Shown: positions 1 through 12,674 of the stretch, in pieces | How the letters are laid out: every line of letters begins with the position of its first letter | How positions within the stretch are numbered: the first letter of the stretch is position 1 | NCBI GenBank assembly: GCA_024704765.1 | Contig: JAKMXF010000313.1 | Span: 124,001 to 188,000 of the forward strand | Length of the DNA stretch: 64,000 bases | Direction of reading: 5' to 3' | Source: Oopsacas minuta | Taxonomy: Eukaryota; Animalia; Porifera | Notes under the pieces: model-generated | What the model saw: the letters and a program-made list of their open reading frames with translations, nothing else | Told to the model about the DNA's origin: nothing | The model's database searches: none | Made by a program: the position numbers and the translations under genes

Positions 1-168
1 CATACCGAGTATATTTGAGGACGGAGTATAATCTCGGCTGTTACACCGGACCAGTTTTAGTCGCTATAACTGGTCTGCCCAGACCAGTTCTGGTACCAAT
101 AACTGATTCAAGAACATATCGGATATAAGACCATTCTCTGGAAAATTTTTCTCATATACTCTTGTATA

Positions 169-256
169 ATTATGGTTGTGAAGTTAGCAGCGATTTCATG
201 TCATACTTGATACCTTGTAACTTTGTTAAGGTGGGCTCAATCGACATCCCATCTGT
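169..256 (+). repeat. Dispersed repeat copy (partner at 10507-10596)
   Basis: ATTATGGTTGTGAAGTTAGC...CCTTGTAACTTTG...GGTGGGCTCAAT...CCCAT is shared, with substitutions, with 10507-10596. Confidence 0.7.
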
Positions 257-381
257 GTATACATGCTTATTTATAAATTTCTATTCATTGATATTCGACA
301 CGAGTATGTGTAAGTGTAATATAACTGCTAACTGCTAACTAAATTTGTATATATTGTTCGTTGAGCACCTTTTCCTTAGTG

Positions 382-878
382 CAGTGCAACCTATATAAGT
401 GGGGTCTCTATAAATGGGGAACCTCTATAAGCGGGACACTTTTGGTCCATCCTCATTCATTTCCATAGAAACGAACCTCTATATGCGAGGAGTAGGGAAT
501 GGGGCATACTTTAGAGGAAATTATGCCTCACACAATTGACATTTACCTCTACTATAAGTGAGGTATTCTACTACAAATTTTCTTGAATGAACATTTTTGT
601 GCAAAATTTAGGGAAAAACTACGTATTTATCGCTATGATGAAATATTTTTTGGTTTCTCAGAAGAAAATTTATTGCAAATTTTATGTCCAACCAACAATC
701 TTAGGGCATATTATAAGAATCTAATATCGGTGAAAAGAGGTCTTTGGAGGAAGTGGCTATACATATTGACTCGAATATCTCTCGTTCAAGGACATTTAAT
801 TTCGAAATCATAAATAGGGAATGGTGGTTATCTGGAGATTCCCCGGCCCGACCTTCCCCACTTATAGAGGTTCTACTG
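382..878. mobile_element. Tc1/pogo-type MITE (CAGTRRAACC family)
   Basis: 23-bp terminal inverted repeats: CAGTGCAACCTATATAAGTGGGG vs reverse complement of the right end CAGTAGAACCTCTATAAGTGGGG (20/23). Internal repeats of ACCTCTATA. Flanks read TG/TG rather than the usual TA. Confidence 0.65.
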
Positions 879-1770
879 TGTTTACTTTTAAGACAAGTTG
901 GAAGTGGTTGAAATTGAGTATATTCGCGAATTTTGAACATAGATGACTCTACTTTTTTTAGTGATTATGTGTAATTATATTATCTTCCTAGAACAAGGAA
1001 TGATTTTTTGAACGATTTCCTTCATTGAGTGTGGTCTACTTTCTAACTACTTGCATATTTTGTTGACAGAGCTCAGTTACTAAACAAACTAACTATTGTG
1101 GTTCGTGTGAAGGCTTCACAATATGTACTTGGAGAGGAAACAAACTTTTCAACGTAATTTTAAGAAAATTCTAGAACACAATGACCTTGTTCAGTATTTT
1201 ACCTTATTAACTTTCTAAAGATTTACTTATTCCATTATTCAAGCCATTCAGTTTAAACCACGAACACAAATATTAGAAGATAAGGGTTTGCATTTGCGGC
1301 TCACTGCTAAATTGCGAGGGCCGCCAGTTTGACAGCTCTGCTATAAATATGAGTGTGCTTAATGACATAATTAATTAATTAATTAATATTATTCTACAAA
1401 TAACATTTACCATGCGTCATTAGGTAATCAATAGTGGAAGTAATTCCCGCGGATTAGAGGTTGTCTGCTCAGACCAAGTTTCTGATGTTATCAGACTCTA
1501 CATGACAGTGCTCTGCATCCTGGAATCAACCTACAATCAAGGCTGTCAAACACGAATATTTCTGGCCAGGGATGAGCAAAAATGTTAGAAATTATGTAAG
1601 TTTTGTGAATTTTTAAAATTGAAATGCTCATCCAAGTGATCCAACCGAGTTGATATCAATATTTTTCTTCATTGAGTTATTTACGGTACATAAATTGCTC
1701 GCTCTAACCGCTTTACAATATATTATTATAGTATGTGTTAGATTTGTCAGCATGGTTTTCCTTTAATTAA

Positions 1771-3010
1771 TCTATACTATTAAATCTCAATTGTTTGTTT
1801 GTCTGTGTGTTTGTTTGTCCGTTGTCAAGGAAAGGATTTACGGTATGCAATTGTAAAATTGTCGCATAACTATGTATTTATCGTGTTTATCAAGGAAGTA
1901 AAAAGAATTCAATAAAACTTCACTAAACATATCGAACATGCTGAATTCGATTTTCACACTTTTGGATTAATCATATGTAAATTCAATGTTGTTTTTATGA
2001 ATAGACAGTAAACTAATTAGTCAAATCTCAAAATACACGTACAGCCTTGCTCTAAACGGCTGCCCAGAGTTAACTAAGTACGCTGAATCCGAATTTTCAA
2101 GTTTCTCATATGTAAATTTATTGTTGTTTTTATGAATATATAAAGTAAACAAATTTCAAAATTGTTGTAGAAACATGCTTTCAATGGTTATCCTGAGGTA
2201 ATCGAGGAGGTGAGCCCAATATGATATTGTAAACAACATATTCTGAATATTTGTTTACTTCTAGGTACATAAGTAAACAAATTTCAAAATTGAGGTAGAA
2301 TCATACTTTCAACGACTATCCTGGGTTAATCGAGTATGCTGGTTCCAAATATGGTACTTTAAACAGCCTCTATATTATTAAATCTCATTTGTTGTTTGTC
2401 TGTTTGTTTGTTTGTCCGTTGATATGTAAATATATGGTTGTTCTCAAGAATAGGTTTGCTCTATACGGCTACATAAGGGTAACACAGAAAACTAATTCCG
2501 AATTTCGCATTTTCAAGTTTCTCATATGTAAATTTATTGTTGTTTATATGAATATAAAGTAAACAAATTAGCCAAATTTCAAAATATACATACAGGCTTG
2601 CTTTAAACGGCTACAAAGGGAGTTGATCTTACAAAATAATTCCATAATATATATGCCATATACGTATATTTGTGAATTACATTGTTCTAAATATATCTAT
2701 ATTATAATAGTCTAAGGGGCCGTCAATTTGGAGAATAAAGGATACCTCGATGGGCAATACGCCAAGTTCATCACGAAGCGACGAGCCAAGGCTCGTATAT
2801 ATTAATAAATCTCAATTGTTTTGTTTGTCCGTTGTCAAGGAAAGGATTTACTGTATGCAACTTTGAAATAGTCGCGTAACTATGTATTTATCATGTTTAT
2901 CAAGGAAGTAAATAGAATTCAATAAAACGTTGAAACCACTAATATATTGAACATGCTGAATCCTATTTTCACACTTTTTGTTTTTATGAATATAAAGTAA
3001 GCAAATTTCA
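1771..3010 (+). mobile_element. Head-to-tail array of three non-autonomous Helitron-like elements
   Basis: 5' ends of the TCTATA(C/T)TATTAAATCTCA type plus a TGTT/TCTG microsatellite at 1771 and 2369, and a truncated start at 2797. 3' end GCCAAGTTCATCACGAAGCGACGAGCCAAGGCTCG(T) at ~2761-2796. Same family as 34360-34822 and 60260-60784. Confidence 0.75.
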
Positions 3011-4142
3011 AATTCGTAGTTGATTCACACTCCCAACGGCAATACTGGGGTGATCGAAATGCTTGGTGACATAAAGTAAGCAGATTTAAAGATTATGGCA
3101 GTATCATGTTTGCTTCGGTTAAGATTATGAGTGTATGTACTCGAGGGCCGTAGGCCCGAGTGTGGACACAAGGTGTTCGCTACCGCGTAGCGCGAGCAAG
3201 CAAAGCGCGCGAGCGCGGAACGAAACGCGCTCAAAAAATGAGGAACGCTTAATGCTCTGAAAATATCTAGTCATGGGGGTGTCATAAATTTAATATTCTG
3301 TCCACCATAATAATTAGAAATTCCATGAAACTTTGTTCCAACATTACTAGCGCACCTTGAGAGAAGCTGGTGCAATAACTATGCGGTTAAAGAGTACATG
3401 AATTGTTTCTAACATACAACCTAACCTTGATACGAACACAAACGAACGATCAAAATTGGTTTGCCTTAGCCGGAGTATTACAAATTGAACTACCATTGTA
3501 GGTAACAGAATATATGCAAATATATGTGTACCTTACCCGGGAATTCTATTAACTGAGTTCGAATTAACGAGGTGCTGTTCAAACTATACCTGACGTTACA
3601 AGGCGAGTGAGTGGTTTTGATGTGTGACAGTCCCATTCATTTTGAAAACGGTGAAAATGCGTAATACTGGGAGGAGAGTGAATCAAAATTTAGGGAATTT
3701 TGCGTTTTGAACGACTTCATATACAGGATGCAATTTAGTTGCAAGCAAAATAGTCAGCATAATTACAGAATCTTACACCCCCCAACTTTTTTAATGTGGT
3801 CTCTCAACATGCTCTATAACGGCTCATATAGCGATTTTTACCATCTTGCAAAAAGTTGGGTATGTAACTTTCTATAATTGAACCCTAAATTGTTCTTAAC
3901 AATTCGATTATCGGTAGGGTTCTGATTAGAAACAAGTCCTACACCAGTTCTTATGATGGGGAGCTAGCCTCGCTACTGGGCATGCCTAGGTTTCCTAGAA
4001 GTTTGGATAATAAACGAGTTATTCTCGATCGAGGTTAGATAGCCTAAATTATGTTAGATTACGATTTTAGAAATTAAACTCAATATTAAGACAGCATAAG
4101 TGTTTATTCAATGAATCAAAGTTACAAAATATTGTGAAAAAT

Positions 4143-4158
4143 GGCTTTGAAAAAAGCC
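4143..4158 (-). terminator. Histone mRNA 3' stem-loop
   Basis: Minus strand reads GGCTTT-TTTC-AAAGCC (6-bp stem, 4-nt loop), 18 nt after the H3 stop. Matches the metazoan GGYYYT-TYTN-ARRRCC consensus. Confidence 0.9.
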
Positions 4159-4176
4159 GGTAGTCATCTTTAGAGC

Positions 4177-4710
<534 letters not shown>

Positions 4711-4984
4711 TCATGGTTTGAGTACGAGTGCTACTAATGCATTTACCTATGTAAATATCTTTATAAATATTTCTAATGTTAATTATCATTTTTCCAAAAT
4801 TCAATGGCAAGAGCATATTTAATTCAAAGTAGAAACTTGTCATGGAAAGGTAGATTCACATACTGACAATAAGCTCACTTCTCTAAGCGATCTATCTATA
4901 GTTATATCTCAATGTATGTCTGTGCCACATAGAAAACATATAGGTTCAGTTCTTAAAGTCCAGCTGACCAAATATTACACAATA

Positions 4985-5285
4985 TAACAACATTGTAGTG
5001 AGATAATCGAGTATGCTGATTCCGAATATGATATTGTAAACAATAGATTGTGAATATTTGTTGTTGTTTAGGTGTGTAAAGTAAACAATTTTCTAAATAA
5101 CCCAGTAACTTGCTTTCAACGGTTATACCAGGATATTCGAGTAAGTTGATTCCGAATTTCAGTGTACTCATGTGTAAATAATAGTTGTTCTTATGAAAAA
5201 ATAAAAACGCGAAGTGCCGAGTTACATATGAACACATTCTGTGTTCGTAAGCCGCGCAGCGCGAGCAAGCGAAGCGGTTCATATA
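4985..5285 (+). mobile_element. Partial Helitron-like copy
   Basis: Internal sequence resembles 2170-2360 (ATCGAGTATGCTG..TCCGAATATGATATTGTAAAC). Ends in GCGCGAGCAAGCGAAGCGGTTCAT. Confidence 0.5.
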
Positions 5286-6125
5286 TTATATAGCCAAACA
5301 TTTATGTGCCAAAATACGGGCCTGGTCTGGGTCGTTAATTTGCTTAAATGAATTATAGCACCAGTAGGACTTACAATCTGGGATCCCTGGCCAACCTCTT
5401 ATTGTGTTACTAAATCCAAAATCTGAATTTCCTTCTTCCCAGATAATTTCTCAATCCCAGTATTCCCTCTTGGTAATAAATTGATACATATCAGTAAAAA
5501 CGCGACAGGCTTGCATTAACTTGGAATATACGCGTATGTAATTTATCAAATTTCTTTTCGACTCATATTTGGATCAATAATATACCAGCGTATGGTTCGT
5601 TGCTTTGTGCCTTTACCAATACTTTGTGTTCCAAATTAACGGTTCCTTTCAGGTCGTATTTAGGTAATTCATAAGAAATACAATAAATAACGGATACTAA
5701 AAATTCACATTTGCGAAACTTAAAATGCGAAATTTCAGAAAATGTATATTCTTTTGTTAATCCTAGAATTGCAAGCCCTACCACCAAATAGATGCAAAGT
5801 ACAGTTTCGAAAAAGCTAAATTATACTTGGAGGTTATATTTTGTGAACAAACAATTAGCCAAGTAATATTGAGACACATGCAAATTTATTAGGCATGTAA
5901 TAGAGGAGCAGCTGACCCAAGAGAACTCCTAAAGTATAATAATGTTGAAAATAGAATTTCCATCCACCTCGTAGATGTCTTGTGTATGTGTATATTGTAT
6001 TATGAACAATAAACTCGCTAGTGACGTGAATTCTCTAAACACTCAAAACAACAAATAATAAACTCGTGAGTAAGACATGCTGTAATTTATAATTACATAC
6101 TCTAATATAATACAATTATATAAAT

Positions 6126-7844
6126 ATGTGTTTTTTGAATGATGTAAATACTTTATCTGACGTTATGCAAGAATATGAACAAGTTCAACCTAAAAAATGG
6201 TATAAGAAATTGCTCTCCTTTTGGCTAGTGACTGAGTTTTTAACTATTAACAAATTAGCTTGGCCTTGTGCAATCACTGCATTCGGGAGTCAAATGCTCC
6301 CAGTCATAAGTCTGTTCTTCACTGGTCACATTGGAGAGGGAGGAGTGTATCTAGACGGAGCAGCGTTGGCCCTTTCATTTGCAAACATTTCATGCAAATC
6401 CATAATGATAGGATTGAGCTCAGGAATGGATACTCTCTGTTCTCAGGCTTACGGCGCGAAGAACTACCCTCTCGTTGGTTTGTACTTCCAACGTGCTTTA
6501 CTCATTGGCCTAGTATCCTGTCTTCCTATTATAGCTGTGTGTTTGAATGCAGAACCTATCTTGATAATGATACACCAGGATCCACAAGTTGCAGCAATCG
6601 CAGGCAAGTATCTGAAGATTCTTTGCATATCTAATCCAGCAGTCGCCATATACTTCATGGCGAGAAAATACGTACAATCACAACGTGTGGTATATCCATG
6701 TATAATTCTGAATGTAATAGGTAATCTGATTAATGTCACGAGCCATTATATATTGATAATCCAATTAAAATTAGGGGTGGAAGGCGCTGCTATATCTCTA
6801 GTAATTAGCTATTGGTCTCTAGCTATAATCTACATGGGGTATATCCGCTGTTCTTCTCTGTACAAATCTTCCTGGCAGGGTTTGAGAATGGACGCTCTGA
6901 AGGGTTGGCTCCACTACTGCAAGTTCGGAGTTCCTGGCTTAATAATGCTATGTCTGGATTGGTGGACATTTGAGATAGGGTTCCTGATAGTAGGGGCTAC
7001 TAGTGTTGATCCAAAAATACAGGTTGGTATCTTCTCAGTGATGTTAAATGTGAGTGGTCAATTATTCACAATTCCAGTTGGTTTTGGGGTAGCTGCAACT
7101 GTCCGTGTTGGAAATCTTTTAGGAGCAAACAACCCATCATTAGCACGAAAAACCTCCTATTTATGTCTGTTCATCATATTCTTGATAGGAATGCACTTCT
7201 CAGTAGCAGTCTTCTTACTCAGGTCCAATCTAGCCCAGTTATTCACAAAAGATGAATGTATTATAGCAGGTGCATCTAGCGGTCTCTATATTACTGCTAT
7301 TTATTTAAACTTTGATGGTTTAAAACTTATAGGGGGAGCGATTATAAAAGGATGTGGTCGTCAGAAGATCGGTTCGATTACAAATCTAATTGTCTATCAA
7401 TTGTTCGCAGTGCCTCTCTCCATTTGCTTATGCGTGGTAGCGAAAATGGAAGCAAAGGGGTATTGGATAGGAATGGCATCCGCTATCATTTTACAATCCT
7501 TAATATTCCTATTAATTGTGATATGTACTAACTGGAGAAAAGTAGCAGATGAAGCACAAGAGAACGCTGGAATAAAATCAATATATAGAGAACAGCATGC
7601 TAACCATGAATATGAATCATTGAACCTCTTAACCTCAAGGTATAAAGTTGACAAACGAGCAAAGGAAAGGAAATTCTCTGGGAGCATATGCAAGATAATA
7701 ATGATTGGATTATTCGTCGCCTTATTTGCTTTAGGATTTGGATTCTCTTTCAAACAATATGACAACAAGGCTCCTGCAAGGAATGTTCTTATTGATCATT
7801 TTAATTCCTCTCTCAATATTAGTAGGATAGTGTGTCAATACTGA
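6126..7844 (+). CDS. SLC47A: MATE/SLC47-family multidrug and toxin extrusion transporter (572 aa, intronless)
   Basis: Motifs GMDTLCSQAYGAKNY, WWTFEIG, AATVRVGNLLGA, GAIIKGCGRQKIG and GYWIGM. About 12 hydrophobic segments plus an extra C-terminal TM helix as in animal MATE1. Confidence 0.95.
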   Translation: MCFLNDVNTLSDVMQEYEQVQPKKWYKKLLSFWLVTEFLTINKLAWPCAITAFGSQMLPVISLFFTGHIGEGGVYLDGAALALSFANISCKSIMIGLSSGMDTLCSQAYGAKNYPLVGLYFQRALLIGLVSCLPIIAVCLNAEPILIMIHQDPQVAAIAGKYLKILCISNPAVAIYFMARKYVQSQRVVYPCIILNVIGNLINVTSHYILIIQLKLGVEGAAISLVISYWSLAIIYMGYIRCSSLYKSSWQGLRMDALKGWLHYCKFGVPGLIMLCLDWWTFEIGFLIVGATSVDPKIQVGIFSVMLNVSGQLFTIPVGFGVAATVRVGNLLGANNPSLARKTSYLCLFIIFLIGMHFSVAVFLLRSNLAQLFTKDECIIAGASSGLYITAIYLNFDGLKLIGGAIIKGCGRQKIGSITNLIVYQLFAVPLSICLCVVAKMEAKGYWIGMASAIILQSLIFLLIVICTNWRKVADEAQENAGIKSIYREQHANHEYESLNLLTSRYKVDKRAKERKFSGSICKIIMIGLFVALFALGFGFSFKQYDNKAPARNVLIDHFNSSLNISRIVCQY

Positions 7845-8816
7845 GAAAAAAATTGCGAGCTAATTATTAAAATGTGACATAAATGAAAAGAGAAGCATAA
7901 AGCACATAAAATTACATAATTTGAACTAAATTTTGTAAGATATTCACTAATATATTTCAATGCTTATAGTTTCCTTGGCATATGTGAGGGGAGAATATCA
8001 CATATCATATAAAATAGTGTAACAATTTTCTATTGATATGATATTCAGGTATTTTAGATTACTTATTTGCGTATATTGATTCCTAATCTGGCAATGAATA
8101 TTCAGTCACTAATGTATCACCAAAATATTCATTAAGTTATGCTAGAGATTTTCAATGCTAGTCACGGGCAATCGGTAGAAATGGCCTGAGCAGAACGACT
8201 AGCGTGTCGGCTGTTTCTAAACAAAGACCCTGACCCCCTGCCAATGAAATTGTTACTATTACTATTCGCTTGCGAATAAGATAATATTCGCATGTAAATG
8301 ATGTAAGAATGTGCCGATGTATTTTGAAGCGATCTTCGCAGTAGGAGAACGATTTTAATCGAATTAGTTCATCTTCACAATTATCTAAGTGCATTTTATA
8401 TTCAATATTACGTTAGTTGGGAAGAATTTTTCCTCAAATTAGTATCTATCTTGGCCGCGACTGTTGTCCGGACTTCTTGAGAACCCCATGGTTGTTGGAT
8501 GGCTTATTTCGAAGCGCTATTATCAGTGCGTTAAGCATTTTACCGAACTATTTAATGAACAGGCATGTATTGCTGTATTTGTGTATTAGATTTCAGGTTG
8601 CAAATTCACAAATGAATTTTATGCATCTCGTATACATATCCAATCTTTATCACCAGCAAATGAACTCATTCTCGCACACCTCACATCAGTGCCGTAAGCC
8701 CGTAACTACCGCGGTGTCGCGGGGGGCCCCATTATCCCTCGGCTGCAATTCGAAATGAACCATTCGAAATTATTTTACAGGAGTACGTCTTTATCAGAGC
8801 TCAACTTTACAAACTA

Positions 8817-9065
8817 CACTCCCTGGCCAAAAGTATTGGAACATCATACCACTAATGACACATGTGGCATTTGGAACTTTGTGAGAATATATGTATTGAA
8901 TATTCTGTGGATATATCAGAAAGGCGATTGTAATGATAAAATTTATGATAGAATTAAGTTCACAAATATTTGAAACTATCTTCAGCCCATACAACTAAAG
9001 TAAATGCATAATTATGCCAAGTGTCAATTCTGGCCGAGTGTTCCAATACTTTTGGCCAGGGAGTG
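8817..9065. mobile_element. Tc1-like MITE, 249 bp
   Basis: Perfect 27-bp TIRs CACTCCCTGGCCAAAAGTATTGGAACA (8817-8843 and 9039-9065), TA duplicated at 8815-8816 and 9066-9067. Confidence 0.92.
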
Positions 9066-9275
9066 TACAAGTACAATTTTATTGATTAACGGTATTAAAC
9101 AGTACACTTAGTTAATTCGAACCCTCGCTAATCCAATTAAGAGATCCAAGAAAATTGGATCAAAATTTATATAAAATATCAGTCAAAAGGATACATGTTG
9201 ATGATATAACCTGAAATAATCTTTCGTATCACTCTTTGAGTGCAGCACTCGATTCATAATTTTAATTTTCTAGTA

Positions 9276-9407
9276 CAGTAAGTGTTCGAATTATCGAGGT
9301 GGTGATTTTCAATAGGATAATTTGTGTTATTTCACTAATCCGAACAGTTGATACTTGATATAATCTGCAATTGGTACAGAACTGTTCGGAATAACGAGAT
9401 TGTACTG
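9276..9407. mobile_element. Small TA-flanked CAGTA...TACTG MITE
   Basis: TA|CAGTA...TACTG|TA, with internal TTCG(A/G)A(T/A)TA(T/A)CGAG-type repeats. TIR similarity is short. Confidence 0.45.
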
Positions 9408-9736
9408 TACCTCTTTAAACCACAATTGCATTTCATTCATTTTGATTGGAGAAGACATAGACTCGGATAAAACTCACTAATTTATGGTCCCGAAGTGGTA
9501 TGCCTTATTCGAGTTCAACTGTACTTGTTTTTGCATATATTAAAATCGACGAGGGGCATGCGACTCGAATTCCAGGCTGCCGGAACCCATAGAATATTAA
9601 AATTGGTGACAGCATTGCGCCTCATCTACGAGGCAAGAGTAATAGGCACATCATTGTCAAAAAAATTGTTATGATCTTTTCTGATGATAAACCATATTCC
9701 TTGAAATAATGCAACGAGAAGAATGCCTGTGAAGTC

Positions 9737-10025
9737 TTGCTAAAATTATGTGACCAATTTCAAAAGGTTACTGGCGAATCACTGGGAATAACTTTCATCT
9801 GGGATGGTAGCCTAGACATTTTTGGTTCAAATACTTTCCGCGAAATTATCCAAGAAAGAAAGGACGATATATGGAAAAGTTTGTTTACAAACCAGTCAGA
9901 CGAAAAACAAACGTTTATTGGACATGGAGATGTTTCAGATTCTACAGGGAGATGCGAATAAATGTACTTCTGACAAACTAAGACGTTTGAATTCTTGGAT
10001 AGTTGAAAGATCAAGAGGTGAGTAA
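9737..10025 (+). pseudogene. Frameshifted fragment resembling the NRF1/EWG DNA-binding region
   Basis: LLKLCDQFQKVTGESLGITFIWDGSLDIFGSNTFREIIQERKDDIWKSL, then in another frame DANKCTSDKLRRLNSWIVERSRG. Spacing and hydrophobic pattern recall NRF1 (LRATLDEYTTRVGQQAIVL...VFGAAPLENVV...; VDKMTQAQLRAFIPEMLKYSTG). Eyeball similarity only. Confidence 0.3.
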
Positions 10026-11645
10026 ATGAATACAGATTATTGTGAGTATGGGAATTGGGATTTAGGTCTTGATGACTCGATCAATAAATATATCACAAGT
10101 ACTCCTAATTCGAAATATATTCCCACTATCTCGAGTACAGTTCCTCAAAATACATACCCTTCTAGATGAAAGTAATTCTAACAGTTGCTTCTTTGACTTA
10201 CAGAGCTTACAAACAACTTATCCAATTCCACCCGTCTCATCTAAGAGCTTACAACCTAGCGTTAGAGACAATGTCTTAACTGCTTCTCCAATAAAAACAT
10301 GCATGAAGGAACTCTCTGTTTCCTAAAATGGTTTCAGAGATTGTCATATACTACTGTGTAAGTTGAACTATTCTTTTTAAATAATAAACTAAACTAACGA
10401 CATTACAAAGAATAACCAACATAAACTACTAAAGAAGAGCTATCCAAACTTGAATGGATTACAGGATACAATATTTTCCCAGGTAAAATAATTAGAATAT
10501 ATTTCTATTATGGTTGTGAAGTTAGCTGCCAAAGATTTTGTCATACTTAACACCTTGTAACTTTGCAACGGTGGGCTCAATTGATATCCCATTTGTAAGA
10601 GGGCTAAGTGGCCTAGGAGGATTATGTTATTTCATTTTGAAATTTATCTGACACCTCTAATCTGTACAATGACTAAGCAAAATATGAACATTTTTCAGGA
10701 ATATTTTTTCATTTTTTCCGAAATCGTGTCATACATAAATCCGTTAAGATAATTTTGCAAAAGTTGTTTACTTGAAATAACTTTGCCAATAGTTCCTCAA
10801 TTGGCACCATTTACATAAAATTCATTTGTTTAAAATTTACACGTCCGAGCGAGGACATAGTTTCACAGAATAGCTTCACTACAACAGTTTTTATAGAAGC
10901 CATACTAGAGTCGGACGTCAAATTTAAGTTCCAAAGGCTAGTTAATATTTTTATCATTATTACTTGCAGTGTCATAAACAATACGTATCAGGATCTCATA
11001 ATCACATGGCGATCATTTTTCCTTCGATGGCGGTTTGTTGCCCTATTTGGATCGCAAACTTTGCTCCCGAATCATTACGATCCTCTATGCTGGTATTATT
11101 TCATTTGATTATGTTCAAAACCCTCTTTGGTGTTCGTTTCTATTGCAAATCTGGTGTGTTAGAAATTACTTTACTTCTCCAATGGGTTGATATTGAAGTA
11201 ATCCTGGATCTTTAACATCATGTGTGCTTCGATATTAATTCTTTGTAATTGTGGCGTGGTGCCCATGGTATCTGGGAGGGTTGCATCACCACAAGTTTTT
11301 AAATTCCCTTGGAAATGCTATATTTCTGGTTCTTTTGTAACTCAACCCATACGCCACCATGTTTACGCTTACTGGACTGTCTAATTGCACACATGTAGGT
11401 TGTAACAAGCATGATTCCCGGGATAGTGTATGTGATTTTCGCTCTGTTTTTTTCTGATAAAGTGCAGGTTTATTTTTGCTTTGAAACTGATAATTAATAT
11501 TTGCATGACTGTGTATAAAGGATTTGCTTATTTTTCTGTTCTGATAATTATTGAACATATATTTTAGAAATTATGTGTATCAAAATCAACCAATCCGACA
11601 TCCCGTATGTAATGCAAAATTCAAAGGTTTTCTGGGGCAACCCAG

Positions 11646-11647
<2 letters not shown>

Positions 11648-11683
<36 letters not shown>
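11648..11683. repeat. (AT)18 microsatellite
   Basis: Direct read. Confidence 0.95.
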
Positions 11684-11686
<3 letters not shown>

Positions 11687-12140
11687 CGCTCCCTATGCTC
11701 GCTCTGAACCCAATACAATTGTTTTAGCACGATGCCCAATGTATATGTGCATATGCGATTTATTGCATTATCTTAGGGACAGCACAATACCATAGTTAAG
11801 GGGGCAGGAAGAGACGGAATTTAAATGTCACGATTCGTTAAAAAATCATGAATTTTTCGATACAATCGATTGAAGATTAACCAAATATTGCAAAGTCCAA
11901 TCTCCCAGCTATCTTGCAAATCTATTCAACTTGAATAGAATTCATGAATGAACCAACCAATAATGGTGATAGCAATCCTTACGAATCATGTTCAGAATCT
12001 ATTAGATCTTTTGAAATCTTCCACAATCTGCATCGGGCCCAAATACTGCAGAATCTCTGGTCCTTACACAGAAAACTAATACTAAATAGGACATCTCACG
12101 ATAAAATCTTCCCAGGTTGAGAGCTCTGATAATATTAACA

Positions 12141-12674
12141 AGCAGCGTACTCCAGCAATGAAATATGAGCACAACTTAACACTTAATAATTCTGTCAATT
12201 CTCAAACAATTCACCTGAAATTTGGTCAGTACCTTTGTCTAGAGTTGTACATTTTCTATATTCAATAATTAAGCCCTATCACACCTACTCTTGCCACAAT
12301 GACATCGCAATATTTGTAATAATACTAAATCCCCATATACTATAGTCAGGGCTGGCTGTTAGCCCTAAAACCGTGACATGTCGGGTAAAAGCACCAAATT
12401 TGGTACAAAGTTACAGTAGAGTGTACTTGAACTTTTAGAAGGGGAGCCAGTTGTGGTGTGATACACAATCAGTTTTATGTGCCACTTTGGACACATTGTG
12501 AAGGTGTTTACATGCATATAACTCATCCAGTTTGAATCGAAAAAGGATTTTAGTGTCGACATTCGTAATCAACGAAAGGTTTTACGTCGTTTAAGTGGTC
12601 GCTCGAATGTGTTTGGGAATATTTTTGCCTAGCAACACAGGAATGTCTTAGGAATGTAGTAACATTCCATTCTC
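12141..12674 (+). repeat. Left arm of a 534-bp inverted repeat
   Basis: Reverse complement of 13465-13998, with mismatches only at 12148/13991 and 12660/13479. Confidence 0.97.

Noticed and set aside
3140-3235. GC-rich hairpin-like stretch (GCGTAGCGCGAGCAAGCAAAGCGCGCGAGCGCG) as tRNA or rRNA
   Set aside because: No cloverleaf, T-loop or rRNA signature. The same GCGAGC(A)AGCGAAGCG motif recurs at ~5255, 17258, 32287 and 45608 as repeat ends.
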